This document shows, in pieces, positions 15,623-29,471 of a DNA stretch of 64,000 bases. Positions within the stretch are counted from its first letter, which is position 1, and each line of letters starts with the position of its first letter. Source of the stretch: Eledone cirrhosa. Taxonomy: Eukaryota. The notes below the pieces were generated by a model. That model saw only the letters and a program-made list of their open reading frames with translations, was not told the DNA's origin and did no database searches. The position numbers and the translations under genes were made by a program. The DNA lies in assembly GCA_964016885.1 (NCBI GenBank), contig OZ024758.1, positions 16,430,001 through 16,494,000 on the forward strand. Reading direction: 5' to 3'.

Positions 15623-15632
15623 ATATATATAA

Positions 15633-15669
<37 letters not shown>

Positions 15670-15775
15670 ATTGAATATATATATGTATATATATCAGAAT
15701 GGAATATATATATGTAGATATATGTATATATATATCAGAATGGAATATATATATGTATATATATGTATATATATA

Positions 15776-15894
15776 TCAGAATGGAAGCGGTAAAAACCAG
15801 TTAGACCATTATTCACCAGAGTACTCGATACTTAGGGTAGTAGAGTGAGTAATATGATAAAATGGCCGACGCTCAGCTGTGCGCGTCCCGAATT

Positions 15895-15936
<42 letters not shown>

Positions 15937-16058
15937 AATCAGGACCCCGACGGCTGAGCTTCGGCCGTTTCGACAGCTAGATTCGAACTCTATTACCCAA
16001 AGTATCGAGTACTCTGGTTAGTAATGGTCTAACTGGTTTTTACCGCTTCCATTCTGAT
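15776..16058. mobile_element. Family A variant fold-back element(s)
   Basis: Inverted ends CAGAATGGAAGCGGTAAAAACCAGTTAGACCATTA / TAATGGTCTAACTGGTTTTTACCGCTTCCATTCTG, with internal GACGGCTGAGCTTCGGCCGTTTCGAC. Confidence 0.7.
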
Positions 16059-16392
16059 ATATATATATATACATATATATACATATATATATATATATAC
16101 ACACATATATATATATATACACACACATATATATATATATATATACACACATATATATATATATATATACACACATATATATATATATACACACACATAC
16201 ATATATATAAACACACACATACATATATATAAACACATATATATATATAAACACATATATATATATATAAACACATATATATATATATATACACACACAT
16301 ACATATATATAAATATACACATATATATATAAAAATACACACATATATATACACACACACACATATATATATAAAAATACACACATATATAT

Positions 16393-16439
<47 letters not shown>

Positions 16440-16532
16440 TATATATATATACACACACACATATATACACACACACACACACACACATATATACACACAC
16501 ACACATATATAAACACACACACACATATATAA

Positions 16533-16573
<41 letters not shown>

Positions 16574-16898
16574 TAAATCTACCAAAATATACGGTAGCGT
16601 CCAATCCGTATGAAGAACTCAATGTTATCCAAATATCATGAAAAGAGAAGATGCATTCAAACATTTTTTCGATGAAAATCACAGGAAAACATAGTCAAGA
16701 TAAATGAATAAATTTTTTCTGAAGACAGCATATATATGTGTAGGTATGTATATTCCCTCTGATAGTTTGTAAAATTTTTACATAGATCTATATGATATAC
16801 ATACCAACAAACACATATATATCCTAGAAACGATCGTGAAATGATGAATTTTTTAATATAAGGAACTGTTTCTTTGTTTTTATTCATTGTTTTTATTA

Positions 16899-16955
<57 letters not shown>

Positions 16956-17163
16956 GGAGGCGGGCACAAACCCTCCATCTCAATTCTACTTTTGAAAAGC
17001 AGAAGAACTGCGAAACCGGTAAAGACTCCAGTTGCATTTTCGATTTTATCTTTTTTCCTTACACTTTCACTCGTGTCTGACACCGCGGTTATTTTTCATT
17101 TTGTAAAAAAAAACCTCACTTTCTAATATATATATAATGGAGGCGGTAAAAACAAATTAGACC

Positions 17164-17223
<60 letters not shown>

Positions 17224-18324
17224 GACGAACGGAAACTTTAAGCGTCTTGAATGTTTAAAAAAGAAATTACTATGCTCGTAACAACGAATTCTTCTTTCTA
17301 TATTATATTATATTAATCACTGAACATTTTATATTATAAGTATTAATATAACATCGTGTTTGACTTTGAAAAGAAAATTGGAAATAATAAACTAAAGGTA
17401 ATAAAACTGAAGACATTCGCTGCATAAAACTATGAAGAGAAATGAAATAACAACAGGAATATTAAACTAAAACCATTGAGCTGCTCTGTATTTTAAATAT
17501 TCTTCTTTATCTTCTTCTCCGCCCCACCTCCCCCTTCTTCTTCATCTTCTTCTACTCCTGTTTCTCCATCTTTCTTTGTTCTTTATCTTCTTCGCCAGCT
17601 TCTACTTCTCCTTCCGTTTATTCATCTTCTTCTTCTTCTTCTTCTTCTTCTTGTCAGGTCCCTCTTGAGTGCTACTGGTAGCATGTGACCCAGTGCAACC
17701 TGACGCATGGTCGGGTCGTCGGCGACTAAATCGGCAACCCCACCAAATTTATTTGGTGAGGAGGGTGATTTTGGACACCCTGCAGAACAAAAACCAAAAC
17801 CTGACATAAGTGTCAACGGCCATCTAATAAGAAAACAAATCCTCCCAAATCAATGGGTGGCAGTAGTCCAGCTGCACGCATCAAAAGACTGGTGTAGTGG
17901 TTCTGAGAACAATGTGGCTTTGCAGACGATCAATGCAAATTGACAATGGAAAGGCGCTCCCGCACTCGAGTTAGAAGAGAACTATTGACCTTCAGGAGAA
18001 GCAGCGACCCCTGATTGTATTCAGCAACTGAAACAAATATGAAGTACACCAAATCCAATGCTCCTAGGGTAGCCCTGGTTCTTCTTATTTGCGAGTGTAA
18101 ACTCGGCCAGATCAGATTAGATAGATTTTTTCTTCACCTCCTGTTTATTCAATTCCCTCGTCCTCATCTCCCCCCGTTAATTCATATTCTTCACTTCCTC
18201 TTCCTCTCGTTTATTCATCTTCATCATCATCATCTCTTCCTGTTTCTTCTTTATCTTTATGTTCTTCTCTTCACCTTCATCTCCTCCCATTTCGTTTTCT
18301 TCTTTGCCTTCTTTTTCGCTTACA

Positions 18325-18750
18325 TATTCCTGAGAGGGTCGCGTGAGAAGAGTCCTCAAACACTCCTTCCAGCGGGTCATGCCAGAAGCAACCGTCTCCA
18401 ACTGATCCGACTGGATCCCCAAGCGAGACCAGCCGAGCTCATGGATGTTATCCAACCATCTTCCTCGGAGTCTACCCCTGGGTCTCCTGCCTGTTGGATT
18501 TTGCCCGTAAAATCTGTCCAGCGATTCTTTCCAGATAGATTCTAACCACGTGTCTATAGTATCGGAACTGGGATATCTCAATTCAGAGAGATATCAGCTC
18601 TACCTGGAGTGACTTTTGATCTCCAAGTTACACACCCTATCCAGTAACGTTACTCCATTCGGCCGCTTGTATTCACGATCGCATTCTTCCGATCATTACG
18701 CAACATTCATGACCATAGGTAAGAGTTAACAAGAAAAACAAATTGACCAT
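18325..18750 (-). mobile_element. Degenerate RTE-clade LINE 3' fragment (second family); related pieces at 21830-22165 (+), ~10690-10775 (-), 63865-64000 (+)
   Basis: TLTYGHEC, PTGRRPRGR..RWLDNIHELGWSRLGI..LETVA and RSQLRYY.HVV.M.QERIA motifs. Confidence 0.7.
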
Positions 18751-19462
18751 AATGTTTTAAACCTCATTTATTTATTACTAAAAATGATTGATTGTATATT
18801 TTGTTAATTTTAATTCATTTCCATACATAAACATGAATTTTAGAATCTCTTCTCTTCATTTCTCTTTAAAAAAAAAAAATAATATAGGAAGAGAAAAAAA
18901 AAAAAAAAAAAAAAAAAAATGCTGGCGCCATAAACTTAAAGTGCCAATTTATGTTTATCTATTTTCAGAGACTTGATAATGGTTTCATAACTCTGTTCCT
19001 CTTACGTCATTATTTATTGTCGTACATATAAAATATAAATATTTTAATATCGTTGAAATAATATAATATTTGTGGGATGAATAATTACATTATAAGTATG
19101 TGCCACACACTCCTTTGTTCGCTTTTTGGATATTTTTGCGAATATTCGATCCGCTAATCTGTTATGGCTCTATATATTATATTTAAGGCGGTGGATTGGC
19201 AGTATTAGTAGAGGGTCGGACGCCACGCTTTGACGCATAGAGTTAAGCGAAAAGGAAGTCTGTTATTTTCTTTTTAACGAATCTTTTTTAACAAGATCCC
19301 AGATCTCATTCCCTTACTGAGTAGGAGGGAGCTCGTCAGATTGACCCAGGACTGCAACAACCATTCCGCTTCATGTAACTGCTCCCTTCAAGTCTTCGGT
19401 TTTGGACATTAGACCCGTTTATTTCCCCCTGATTACTCTCTTGTTCCATTGAGTAATTTCTG

Positions 19463-19494
<32 letters not shown>

Positions 19495-19665
19495 TTTTTC
19501 CAATTCCATCCAGCCCGTCCCCTCAATCTATTTTATTTCTCATTCTTTCTTCTGATGAAGGACTAGCGTCCGATACGTTAAGACCCTCTTCCTGCTACAT
19601 CAAGCGTTAACCTAATATATACCTTCCATATACTGTACCGATTGTTATTTCTGTTTACCTGTTAT
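19495..19665 (+). mobile_element. Family K fragment with minimal HHR at 19548-19583 (GAAA>GATA)
   Basis: Aligns with 13218-13400. Perfect GGAC-tagc-GTCC stem II. TA flanks. Confidence 0.75.
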
Positions 19666-19840
19666 ATATATATATATATATATACATCAGTATTCCGATG
19701 ATTTGATCAGGTAAACACTGTAATTAAGGTCGAGTGACGTAATTTCTAACGATCAGCGGCTTTTAGACTCACCTGATTAATGAAACAATTGTTAATACTG
19801 TAAATAAACACTTTTTGTACAGCCAACCATGTTATTCTTA

Positions 19841-20135
19841 GGTTAACTTTGCCTTTCATCCTTACGGTGTCGATAAAATAAAGTACCAGTAATGTACTGG
19901 GTAATTTGCTGGCCTTGTGCCAAAAGTAGAAACAATTATTTTACTATGGATTGGCAGTAGCGGTAGAGGATCGGACGCCATGCTTTGGCGTATATAATTA
20001 CGGCCCTTGCCATTCTGAGTTCAAATCCCGCCGAGGTTAACTTTGCCTTTCATCCTTACGGGGTAGATAAAATAAAGTACCAGTAATGCATTGGGTAATT
20101 GCTGGCCTTGTGCCAAATGTAGAAACATTTATTTT
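19841..20135 (+). mobile_element. Tandem SINE pair (same family)
   Basis: A 3' half followed directly by a full copy. Confidence 0.8.
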
Positions 20136-20991
20136 ACTATATAATTGGTGTGGGATGCTTAAAGCGTCCGTAAGGGGTATGCCGTTTTAGCACTCGATGC
20201 TCTTACAGAGCAGAGTATGATATCACATAAGAAACGGAGAATCAGTGGTGCGACGAATTAAAATTTATTAGACATATTACAATCGTTTCTCTAGCGACCA
20301 GCTCGAGGCACGATCGATGCAATGATCGAACCTGACTCTGAAATCGCAAAATCCTCAGATACGTCTCGATTCTTCGAAGCAGAGTTTCCAATTTTCTAAC
20401 AACTAAAATTACGCTTCTTTGCTAGAATAGACGTAATGCAGCTAAACATAAAACGAACGAAAATTAGACCCAAAGGCATGACATCAAATGTACGTATTGC
20501 AAAAGACATTTAAAAATACCTTAAAAACTAACTTTTAAATAAATGTAGTCTGGAAATATAATGTTGAGGTGAGCGACTTCTCTCTTGTTGCCCATTTAGC
20601 TGTAACTGATTATATTGAAAGGAAAAAGATGACAAGCTTGGCAGCTTTATGAATTTGGAAAATATTGCAATACCAAATCGATAGGAAAACAAGTGGCTGT
20701 AAGATAACATAAAAATATCAAAATATTCTGAATTTGACAAAGTTACAATATTCTGGAACATAAATGTCTAGGTTGTCTACTGTAAAAACCAAAATGAAGG
20801 CGAATCAGCCTTAACTATATTGTCATGACTTAAATATATATATCTACATTTAGATATTTCTGTCGTATAGAACCAAAATCAAAATATTCATCTAATGCAA
20901 TGAGTGAGGTTAGGCTATAAAACACAAAATGGCGGAAGTAGAAATTCAGAAGAAAATATAATTCCCATTAAAAGAAGATTGGAAGACAGTC

Positions 20992-21632
20992 AGGGAATTG
21001 TCAGAACCATGAGAATGTTAGAGTAAATATATTACAGAAGAGTATGAAACATCATGGATTTATTTCAGTTGCTATTTGAGATTGTTCGTGATTGCTTTTA
21101 GGTGGATTAATTACTTCGAACGAGAAGCCAGCCTGCCGTAGAAAGGGGAACAGTTTTTGATAGTCATAACACCTGGGTGTGGTAAACCAGAACTAACACT
21201 AACAAGATATTTATTCCAATATTCTCACGGTTAGTGTTAGGGTTAGGGTTAGGGTTAGGGAATTGTCAGAACCGTGAGGATATTGGAATAAATATCTTGT
21301 TAGTTTTAGTTCTGGCTCACCAAACTCTGAGTTCAACTTTGCCTTTCATCTTTTAGAAGTTGATAAATAAAGAGCCATTGCAGGGGCAATGGCTCGTTGA
21401 AATAGTTGTGATGGATTATTGTAACCGTTTTAGTTTTGTGCCTTCTGAATTCAAATCTGACCTCCTGTCGCCGGAAAGGTATTGACACTTCTGCCAGGTG
21501 TTATGACTATCAAAAACTGTTCTCTTTTCTACACCAGGCTAGCTTCTCGTTCGAAGTAATTAATCCATCCAAAAGCAATCACGAACATTCTCAAATAGCA
21601 GCTGAAATAAATCTATGATGTTTCATGCTCTA
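20992..21632. repeat. Nested inverted repeats with (TTAGGG)4
   Basis: Outer arms 21040-21176 and 21494-21632, inner arms 21180-21232 and 21270-21322, telomeric hexamers at 21237-21260. Confidence 0.75.
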
Positions 21633-22980
21633 CTGCGTGAAAGGAAACAAGGAGAGGAGCAGGTCATCATAGTCGAACAAAGAGATATTTTCATTGAATT
21701 TTCCATATTATCTACCCGTCGCAGCTACTGGCAGAAGTAAGCGCAAATTGAACTCAGGGCGCACAGAAAAAATATTAGATACCACAAAACTTCCTATTCG
21801 AGAAATAGAAGAATTTCGCCAATACACAACCGCTCCAGGTAGAGCTTCTACTCAAGATTGAGATCACAACTTCGATATTACAGGCATGTGGTTAAAATGA
21901 TATCTCAGGAAAGAATCGCTGGACAGATTTTACAGGAAAAACCAATCAAACTTACAGGAGCCCCAGGGATAGACTCCGAACAATATAGTTGGATAACATC
22001 CATGTCCTCGGTTGCTCTCGCTTGGGGATCAAGTCGAATCAATTGGAGACAGTTGCACCTGTCAGGGTCAATTGGGGACGGTTGCATCTGATAGGACCCG
22101 TTGGAAGGAATGCTTCAGGATTCTGTTCCCACGACCTTCTCAGGAATAAGTGGGTGAAGAAGATAGATATGTTATCCCTAAACTAATCGACCACAGAGTA
22201 TATCTAGTTATGAATTTATCGACAAGGGCGGACAAATTCATCCTTTGGCATGATTTGAAATCAGATTATTTAAAAGATGAGAGAAAATTTTATATAGTAT
22301 TTCTTTTATTAAATAAATAAAAACTGAAGAGTCAGGAAAAAAAGTTTAAACCGTTATTTCATTTCTTCCTTCGCTAAATCACAAACCGGAAACAGGATAT
22401 TACGATATTTCCGTTTTTAAATTGAAAATTCTATCAACAAATCTGTCTGAAACGTGAAATATCTACCTTTTAAACGTGTATTTTATGCACAGTTTCCTCG
22501 AGCAGATATAATGACGGAAATTGGTTATTTTTTCACTTCAAATAATGACACGAATTCATCTTTCTTTTTACGTTTTACGGTCTGAAGTACTTGATATATT
22601 TTTATACGAGGTCTCACTCTCTCTTTATTCAATATCTCCCTCTGTCTTTACATATCTCCTTCCATCTGTCTCTCCGACTCTCTCTCTCCTCCTTCAACTC
22701 TCTCTCTCTAACTCTTCCCGCACCATCGTTCTTTGCCTTCAGTATCTCTCTCTCTAACTTCACAGCTCACTCTCCATCTCTCTCTCCTTTTCTTTCCATC
22801 CTCTCTCACTCTCTCCTCACCCAACTCTGCCTTTATCTTCAATATCTCTCTCTTCCTTTACATATCTCTCTCTTCATCTCTCTCCTCCACCTCTCTCTCT
22901 GCACTCTTCAATTTTCTCTCCTAGTTTTCAAATTATCATCATATATCGATATCAAAACAGTAAACTATTTAGGAATAAAC

Positions 22981-23021
<41 letters not shown>

Positions 23022-24548
23022 TATATATATATATGTACACATATATATATATATATATGTACATATATATATGTATATGTACATATATATATGTACATAT
23101 ATATATGTATATATATATATATGTGTGTGTATGTGTGTCTGTGTGTCTGTGTGTCTGTGTGTTAGATTGGTGATTATATGCATATAAATAACAACAAACA
23201 TATATTCAATAACTCGATACATGTAGCAAAGCTATAGTTTTTATATTACCTATAGTATATATAAATGTGGGTATGGCTGTGAATTGGCAGAATCAGTAGA
23301 GCGTCGGACAACATGCTTTGTGGCATAGAGTTACATCCCTATATGTTCTGAGTTCGAATCCGGACGAGGTTAGTTTCACCTTTCATCCTTATGGGGTCGT
23401 TAAATAAAGTAGCAGTAACGTACTGGATCGATTTAAACGAGTTTCCCCTCTCCCCCAAATGTTTGGCCTTCTGCCTCAACCAGAAACCATATATAAGCGA
23501 GGTAGATTAGCGGAATCGGTAGTTACTTAGCGGAATCTCTCAGTTTCTTGCTTACATGTACCGTTTTCCCGTGTTCTCCCTTCTATCGGTAGGTTTTTTC
23601 TCTTTTTTTCCTTTTCCTTTTTCTCTTTTCTCTTTCATCTTTTCTTTCTCTCCTTCATGTCCTTTTGATACATAAAAGGCTATGCGCGCGCTACGGATAG
23701 ATATATAGTTTATAATGCGCCGAAACATCCGCGAGCCGTAGTTAACTACTGACGAAGAGAGACGCGCTACGGATAGATGTATAGTTAATAATGCGCCAAA
23801 ACGTCCGCGATCCGTAGTTAACTACTGACGAAGGGAGACTGTCCACCTCTTGTTTTTGTCTCCTTAACTTCTAACACCCGTTATCAGTAACCACACATCT
23901 CCCCTCTCATCCATATTTTTGATATATATAGAAGCAATTAACTACTGCCTAAATTTACTCAACCGTAAGAGAGTTAGAACAAAGTCAGAAGGAACACATA
24001 TATATTTACACATAATCATAGATACATATATGTGTGTAGCCTACCTTCAACGATGTGGCTCAATGAATGAATGAAATAATCATTAATCAGAGCTATATAG
24101 AATTATAAGTTTGAAGAACAGGCAGATGAAATTTACCTAATTTTTCTTAGTCCGTAGAAATTAACTAGATAAATAATCAACTAAACGGGGCTAAGTTTAA
24201 AATGTAAGTTTAAAGAAATAATAGATAAATGTTTACCAATATTCCCCTAGCTGCGACTAAGAAGAAGTTAAGTAAATTTTATGCGCCTATATATATATAA
24301 ACCCCTGATAATGGGGTTTTAAACCCGAAAATATTTGCGATCATTAAATTTGGTAAGGTAAAATATTTTGTTATCTTGGCGAAATTTAATGTACTGTTTA
24401 ATGGATATTTTGGTTTGTGAGAGAGAGAGTGATAGAGGAGAAGAGGGGAATATAGAGAGGGGGGAGACAGAGGGGTGGGGTGGGGATACGGGGAGAGGAG
24501 GGGGATACGGGGTAGGGGGGGGGGGGGTAGAAAGAGAGAGTGAGAGAG

Positions 24549-24776
24549 GGCTTCTACAGGACTAGAACTGTTTCATTCGAAGGAAATCACCTGGAAAGCC
24601 AACTGTCATTGTGGTATAAATACCATCATACCACAAAGAGTGTTGGCTCTCCTGATGATTTCCTTCAAATGAAACAGTTCTATTCCTGTAGAAGTCATTT
24701 CTATATTAAATATTGCATATACTCTACTATGTATGGAGTATCTTACATACTATGGTTACCCATGATTGCACCCGAC
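24549..24776. mobile_element. Family B-related fold-back element with HHR at 24646-24696 (+)
   Basis: CTGATGA-tttccttcaaat-GAAA-CAGttctattcCTG-TA-GAAG, with a diverged antisense arm at 24549-24603. Confidence 0.7.
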
Positions 24777-24790
24777 ACACACATACACAT

Positions 24791-24848
<58 letters not shown>

Positions 24849-25482
24849 GTGTTGGATGTATGAGTCAGCATTTTCCTTTTTGCTTTTCATCCGGAGTGTA
24901 AACCCATTAAAAAGATATTAAATATGAATATAAACTTTGTAAATAGGTATATTCCATCTAGTCTCTTTTTGTGCTCTGATGTGTATATATACGTATATAT
25001 ATATATGTATATACATATATACACATAAACATATATGCATATGCACATATACATATACATATATATATATATATATATACACATATATAATCGACCAATA
25101 TTTTGCTGTAGATAGTGGAAACAACGAGAAAACGAGAAAAACGTTGGTAATTTTATGTGCAAAGATACAATTATAATTGTAAAGTTGACGGCTCTATGTT
25201 AGCCATATGGAGTATATTAAATAGCTTTTAGGATTCAGAGAATACTTAGAGATTTTTATATTCCTATTTTTATGACATTCTAATAATTTATTAATGCTAG
25301 ATTATAACTGCTCTGATATAACCATTATTACTATAAATTTTATCAGTGTTGTTATTATTACCATTATGGTTATTCTTCTTCTTCTTCTTCTTCTTATTAT
25401 TATATAATTAGGCTTTGATAACATATTCCGCTAATCGATAACCATTTTTTATATATTTCGTACGATATATATTCTGTTTGAG

Positions 25483-25518
<36 letters not shown>

Positions 25519-26755
25519 GTGTGTGGTGTGTATGGTGTAGTGTTGCTGTGTGTGGTGTGTATGTGGTGTAGTGTGTGGTGTGGTGTGCGTGGTGTGTGGT
25601 GTGTGTGTGTGTGATTTGCGGTGTGTGGTTTGCGGTGTGTGCTCGTGTGGTTTGCGGTGTGTGCTCGTGTGGTTTGTGGGGTGTGTGTGTGGTGTGTATG
25701 GTGTGTGTATGTTGTGTGTGTGTGTAGCATGTGTGTGTGTGTCTGAGTGTGTTTACCTAGTTTGTGTTGCTTCCTATCTGTTATATTTATCTAATCTCGG
25801 TTCCTGTACCATATAATTTACTATAATTAATTATTTAAATATCCTATATTAATTAGCGTTCATTTTAATCAATTAATTTCTGTGTTTTTGGTGACTTTAT
25901 AGAGATATATCTGAAGACTATTCCGAGTTTAGATATTTAGAGATGAAAATATTTTTATTGTATTTGTGCAAACACGAGGGCAGTGTTTTGGCAGAGTCGG
26001 TAGAGCGTCGGACAGTATGCTTTGTGGCATAAAGTTCTGGCCCTTTACGTTCCGAGTTCAAGTCCCGCCGAAGTCAGCGGCTATGCTAAATTTGTACAGG
26101 AAGCCATGCAATGTTATGAAACCCATCTCGTCTTATTTCCTAAATGGGCAGTCTTCATATATATATACCACTACAACCACCATAATACTCTTGCTTACCA
26201 GCTTAAAGTGCTTGCATTACATGTAACACCTTGCCACACAATAATCGTATATAAATGACACACACTTGCATGCTCCATGTGTAACTAACGCATACACTAC
26301 CTACTAGATCTGACTATCAAACTATCCTCTTGCATTATCTGTGTTATCTGCCGCATGTATTTTAACTTTGATTTTGATTGTGAATTTGAATTGCTGTACA
26401 AATATAGTATAGTATAATATATGTCACTCCACTGTACATCAATATATATATATGTATCTGTATGTCTCTTGCGTTGGATAGGAGGTCAATTATATGTACA
26501 AACATTGAAAAATGGTCCGAAGATTCCAAGCCTAGGTTTGGATGAAACAATTGTAAGTGAATAAATGCTTCGAACATAACTTTGATTCTTATGAATTCTA
26601 TATAACTGCTCTGTAGAACAACTGATGTTATTACATTGAGCTATTTATCTTACTGGTAATAAGGTAGTAATAAATTACTGATCTTCCCTGTTTATGGTTT
26701 AAAATATACATAACTATAAATAGTATCCTTAATATTATATATATATATAATATAT

Positions 26756-26939
26756 GGGCGGTGGATTGGCAGTATCAGTAGAGGGTCGGACGCCATGCTT
26801 TCCAGCATAGTTACGTCCCTTTACGATCTGAGTTCAAATCCCGCCGAGGTTGACTTTGCCTTTCATCCTTACGGGGTCGATAAAATAAAGTACCAGTAAT
26901 GCACTGGGTAATTGCTAGCCTTGTGCCTAAAGTAGAAAC

Positions 26940-26945
<6 letters not shown>
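26756..26945 (+). mobile_element. tRNA-derived SINE (~190 bp, Nin/Deu-like central domain), representative full copy
   Basis: A-box-like TGGCAGTATCAGTAGAG, B-box GAGTTCAAATCC, core GCCTTTCATCCTTACGGGGTCGATAAAATAAAGTACCAG, (ATT)n tail. Other copies at 2643-2786+, 10830-10992-, 14470-14658-, 15460-15560-, 19187-19245+, 23272-23490+, 25978-26075+, 27907-28085+, 31870-32070-. Confidence 0.85.
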
Positions 26946-27000
<55 letters not shown>

Positions 27001-27008
27001 CTGTTTCG

Positions 27009-27686
27009 ATGAGTGTGAGGCTGAGAATGAATGAGACTAAAACAAAATATCTGGTAGAGATTGTTGAGAAGCCAGAGGGGATCACTAATGTAGGCGGGAA
27101 GCCGCTAGAATTGGTTGAGGACTTCCTGTATTTGGGAGCAAAGATTGGGAATATGGAAGATGATGTGGTTGAGAGGAAGAGCAAAGCCTGGGCGGCGTGC
27201 CACAGCTTGAGATCGGTGTGGAAGTTGGACCTTGGTAAAGACCTGAAAATCTGCCTCTTCATTGCAGTAGTGGAGTCTGTGCTGCTGTACGGGTCTGAGA
27301 CTTGGACACTGACCAAGAAACTCACTCAGATGGTGGATGGGTGCTACACGAGAATGCTGAGGATGGCTCTGAACATTAATCAGTATACACTGAGGATGAA
27401 AAACTCAGAGCTGTATGGGAGCCTCCCGAAGGTCAGCTGAAAAGTGACACAGAGGAAACAGGTTAGCTGGACATGCTCACCGACATCCAGAGTTGACATT
27501 GCACTCAGTGCTCCTGTTGGAGCCCCTACATCGACACACTGAAAGAGGAAGTCCAAGGTTAACGTATGTTGATGCCCTAAGGGCAGACACTGGTCTGTTG
27601 GAGACGCAGGCCATGGCAACGATAATGAGGGACAGAGACCGCTGGAGAGAACTCGTCCATGGATCTCGGGAATTGTACCCGCCCTA
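27009..27686 (+). mobile_element. 5'-truncated RTE/RTEX-type LINE, ORF2 C-terminal region (disrupted)
   Basis: VEDFLYLGA..LFIAVVESVLLYGSETWTLTKK..DGCYTRMLRMALNI..RLAGH..RDRDRWR motifs. In-frame stop at ~27438. Ends in (TA)n. Confidence 0.85.
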
Positions 27687-27765
27687 TATATATATATATC
27701 TACGGTCCTTATATATTTGATATGTATTTATCCTTATCGAGCTCTCTTTGGATTTTAGTCTTCAA

Positions 27766-27909
<144 letters not shown>

Positions 27910-28082
27910 CGGTGGATTGGCAGTATCAGTAGAGGGTCGGACGCCATGCTTTCCAGCATAGTTACGTCCCTTTACGATCTGGGTTCAAATCCCGCCGAGG
28001 TTGACTTTGCCTTTCATCCTTACGGGGTCGATAAAATAAAGTACCAGTAATACACTGGTCTTGTGCCTAAAGTAGAAACAAT

Positions 28083-28117
<35 letters not shown>

Positions 28118-28120
<3 letters not shown>

Positions 28121-28282
28121 CGAAGAAAGTGTGGGACGGAACCAGGTGGAGCATAACGCAGCAGAGTACTCGATACATAGGGTAGTAGAGTGGGTCCGGT
28201 CATTTCGACAGCTAGGTCTGAACTTTAGATCAAGCTGTCGAAACGGCCGGAGCTCAGCCGTCGGTGTCCTGAATCTTTTCAT
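28118..28282. mobile_element. Family A variant fold-back element
   Basis: Antisense tail, then TTTCGACAGCT..AGCTGTCGAAACGGCCGGAGCTCAGCCGTC. TA flanks. Confidence 0.7.
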
Positions 28283-28986
28283 ATATACATATATATGAAA
28301 AGAGTCAGGAACCAGATGTTTATGTATGACTATCTTTATTTATTTTTTATATGAAATATTGATTGTTTCTTCCTGTATCTCATGTCTGTTATTTTGCCTG
28401 AGAAAATATTTATATGTATACTTAAATAATTCGTACATATATTTATTTTTTTATTATCCAGTTGAGTTCTTAACACGTGGTTTGGATTCCTTACAGGGTT
28501 TAATGACTTGCGTGTATATTATTTTATATTTTTCGATAACCTCCCCTTCCCATTTGGGGACGGTGTGAGACTTTTTTTGAAGGACTGCTGGACTTTCAAA
28601 CTTAACGGTTCTTCTAGCACTGACAGTGAATATCGCTGAATATTAATATCGATGTAGTTTTTTATATTGATATTGCTTGGGCATTCCACTGAAGAGTTAT
28701 AAGTGCCCACTTGCACGTAAATCTGTTGATCATATGCAAGCTTCTACATAACTTGAACAGTTTTCTCCCACCTTGTAGAAATCTTATAATGAAACGATCG
28801 TATGGAAAGTGAGATTTATTTAATTATGTCTCATATAAAATAATACAGCCGACTATCCACAGAATACGATATAGTTAGCACCCCAAACGTATAATTGGGA
28901 TTATACTTAGGTATTTCCTAATGTTTGTTGAGTGAGATGGAAGTTGGTTGGAGTATCGCTAAAAGCTTTCTCTGTTAATGTATTAA

Positions 28987-29071
<85 letters not shown>

Positions 29072-29167
29072 CATGATGGCTGGAAGTCGATTTCGAGTAA
29101 TGCCATCGCTTGATACTTAAGTATGAGCATAACAGACGTACGTAGCTTTTTAGTACAATATAGCTAC

Positions 29168-29199
<32 letters not shown>

Positions 29200-29455
29200 C
29201 GTAGGTCCCGGGTTGAGTCGGGGATAACCACAGTAAGTAAGGTACTCAATACATGGCAGAGTAAACATTTTTTTATTTTATAGAAGGAGCTTCTACAGGA
29301 CTAGTACTGTTTCATTCAGATGAAATCTTCAGGAAGCTGGGTGTCATATTAAGTTCCAGAACTTAATATGACACCCAGCTTCCTGAAGATTTCATCTGAA
29401 TGAAACAGTACTAGTCCTGTAGAAGCTCCTTCTATAAAATAAAAAAAATAAAAAA
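29200..29455. mobile_element. Family B fold-back element; perfect ~180-bp palindrome centred near 29357
   Basis: 29268-29356 is the reverse complement of 29359-29448. TA flanks. Confidence 0.85.
29377..29427 (+). ncRNA. Type I hammerhead ribozyme (family B); mirror copy at 29288-29338 (-)
   Basis: AGCTTC-CTGAAGA-tTTCAtcTGAAt-GAAA-CAGtactagtcCTG-TA-GAAGCT. GUA cleavage site, 6-bp stem I. Confidence 0.8.
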
Positions 29456-29471
29456 TATATATATATATATA

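Noticed and set aside
26756-26850. tRNA genes
   Set aside because: A/B boxes belong to SINE heads; no complete cloverleaf.
28560-28970. Possible decayed PLE GIY-YIG coding remnant on -
   Set aside because: Only faint resemblance across stops and frameshifts; needs tBLASTn/HMM support.
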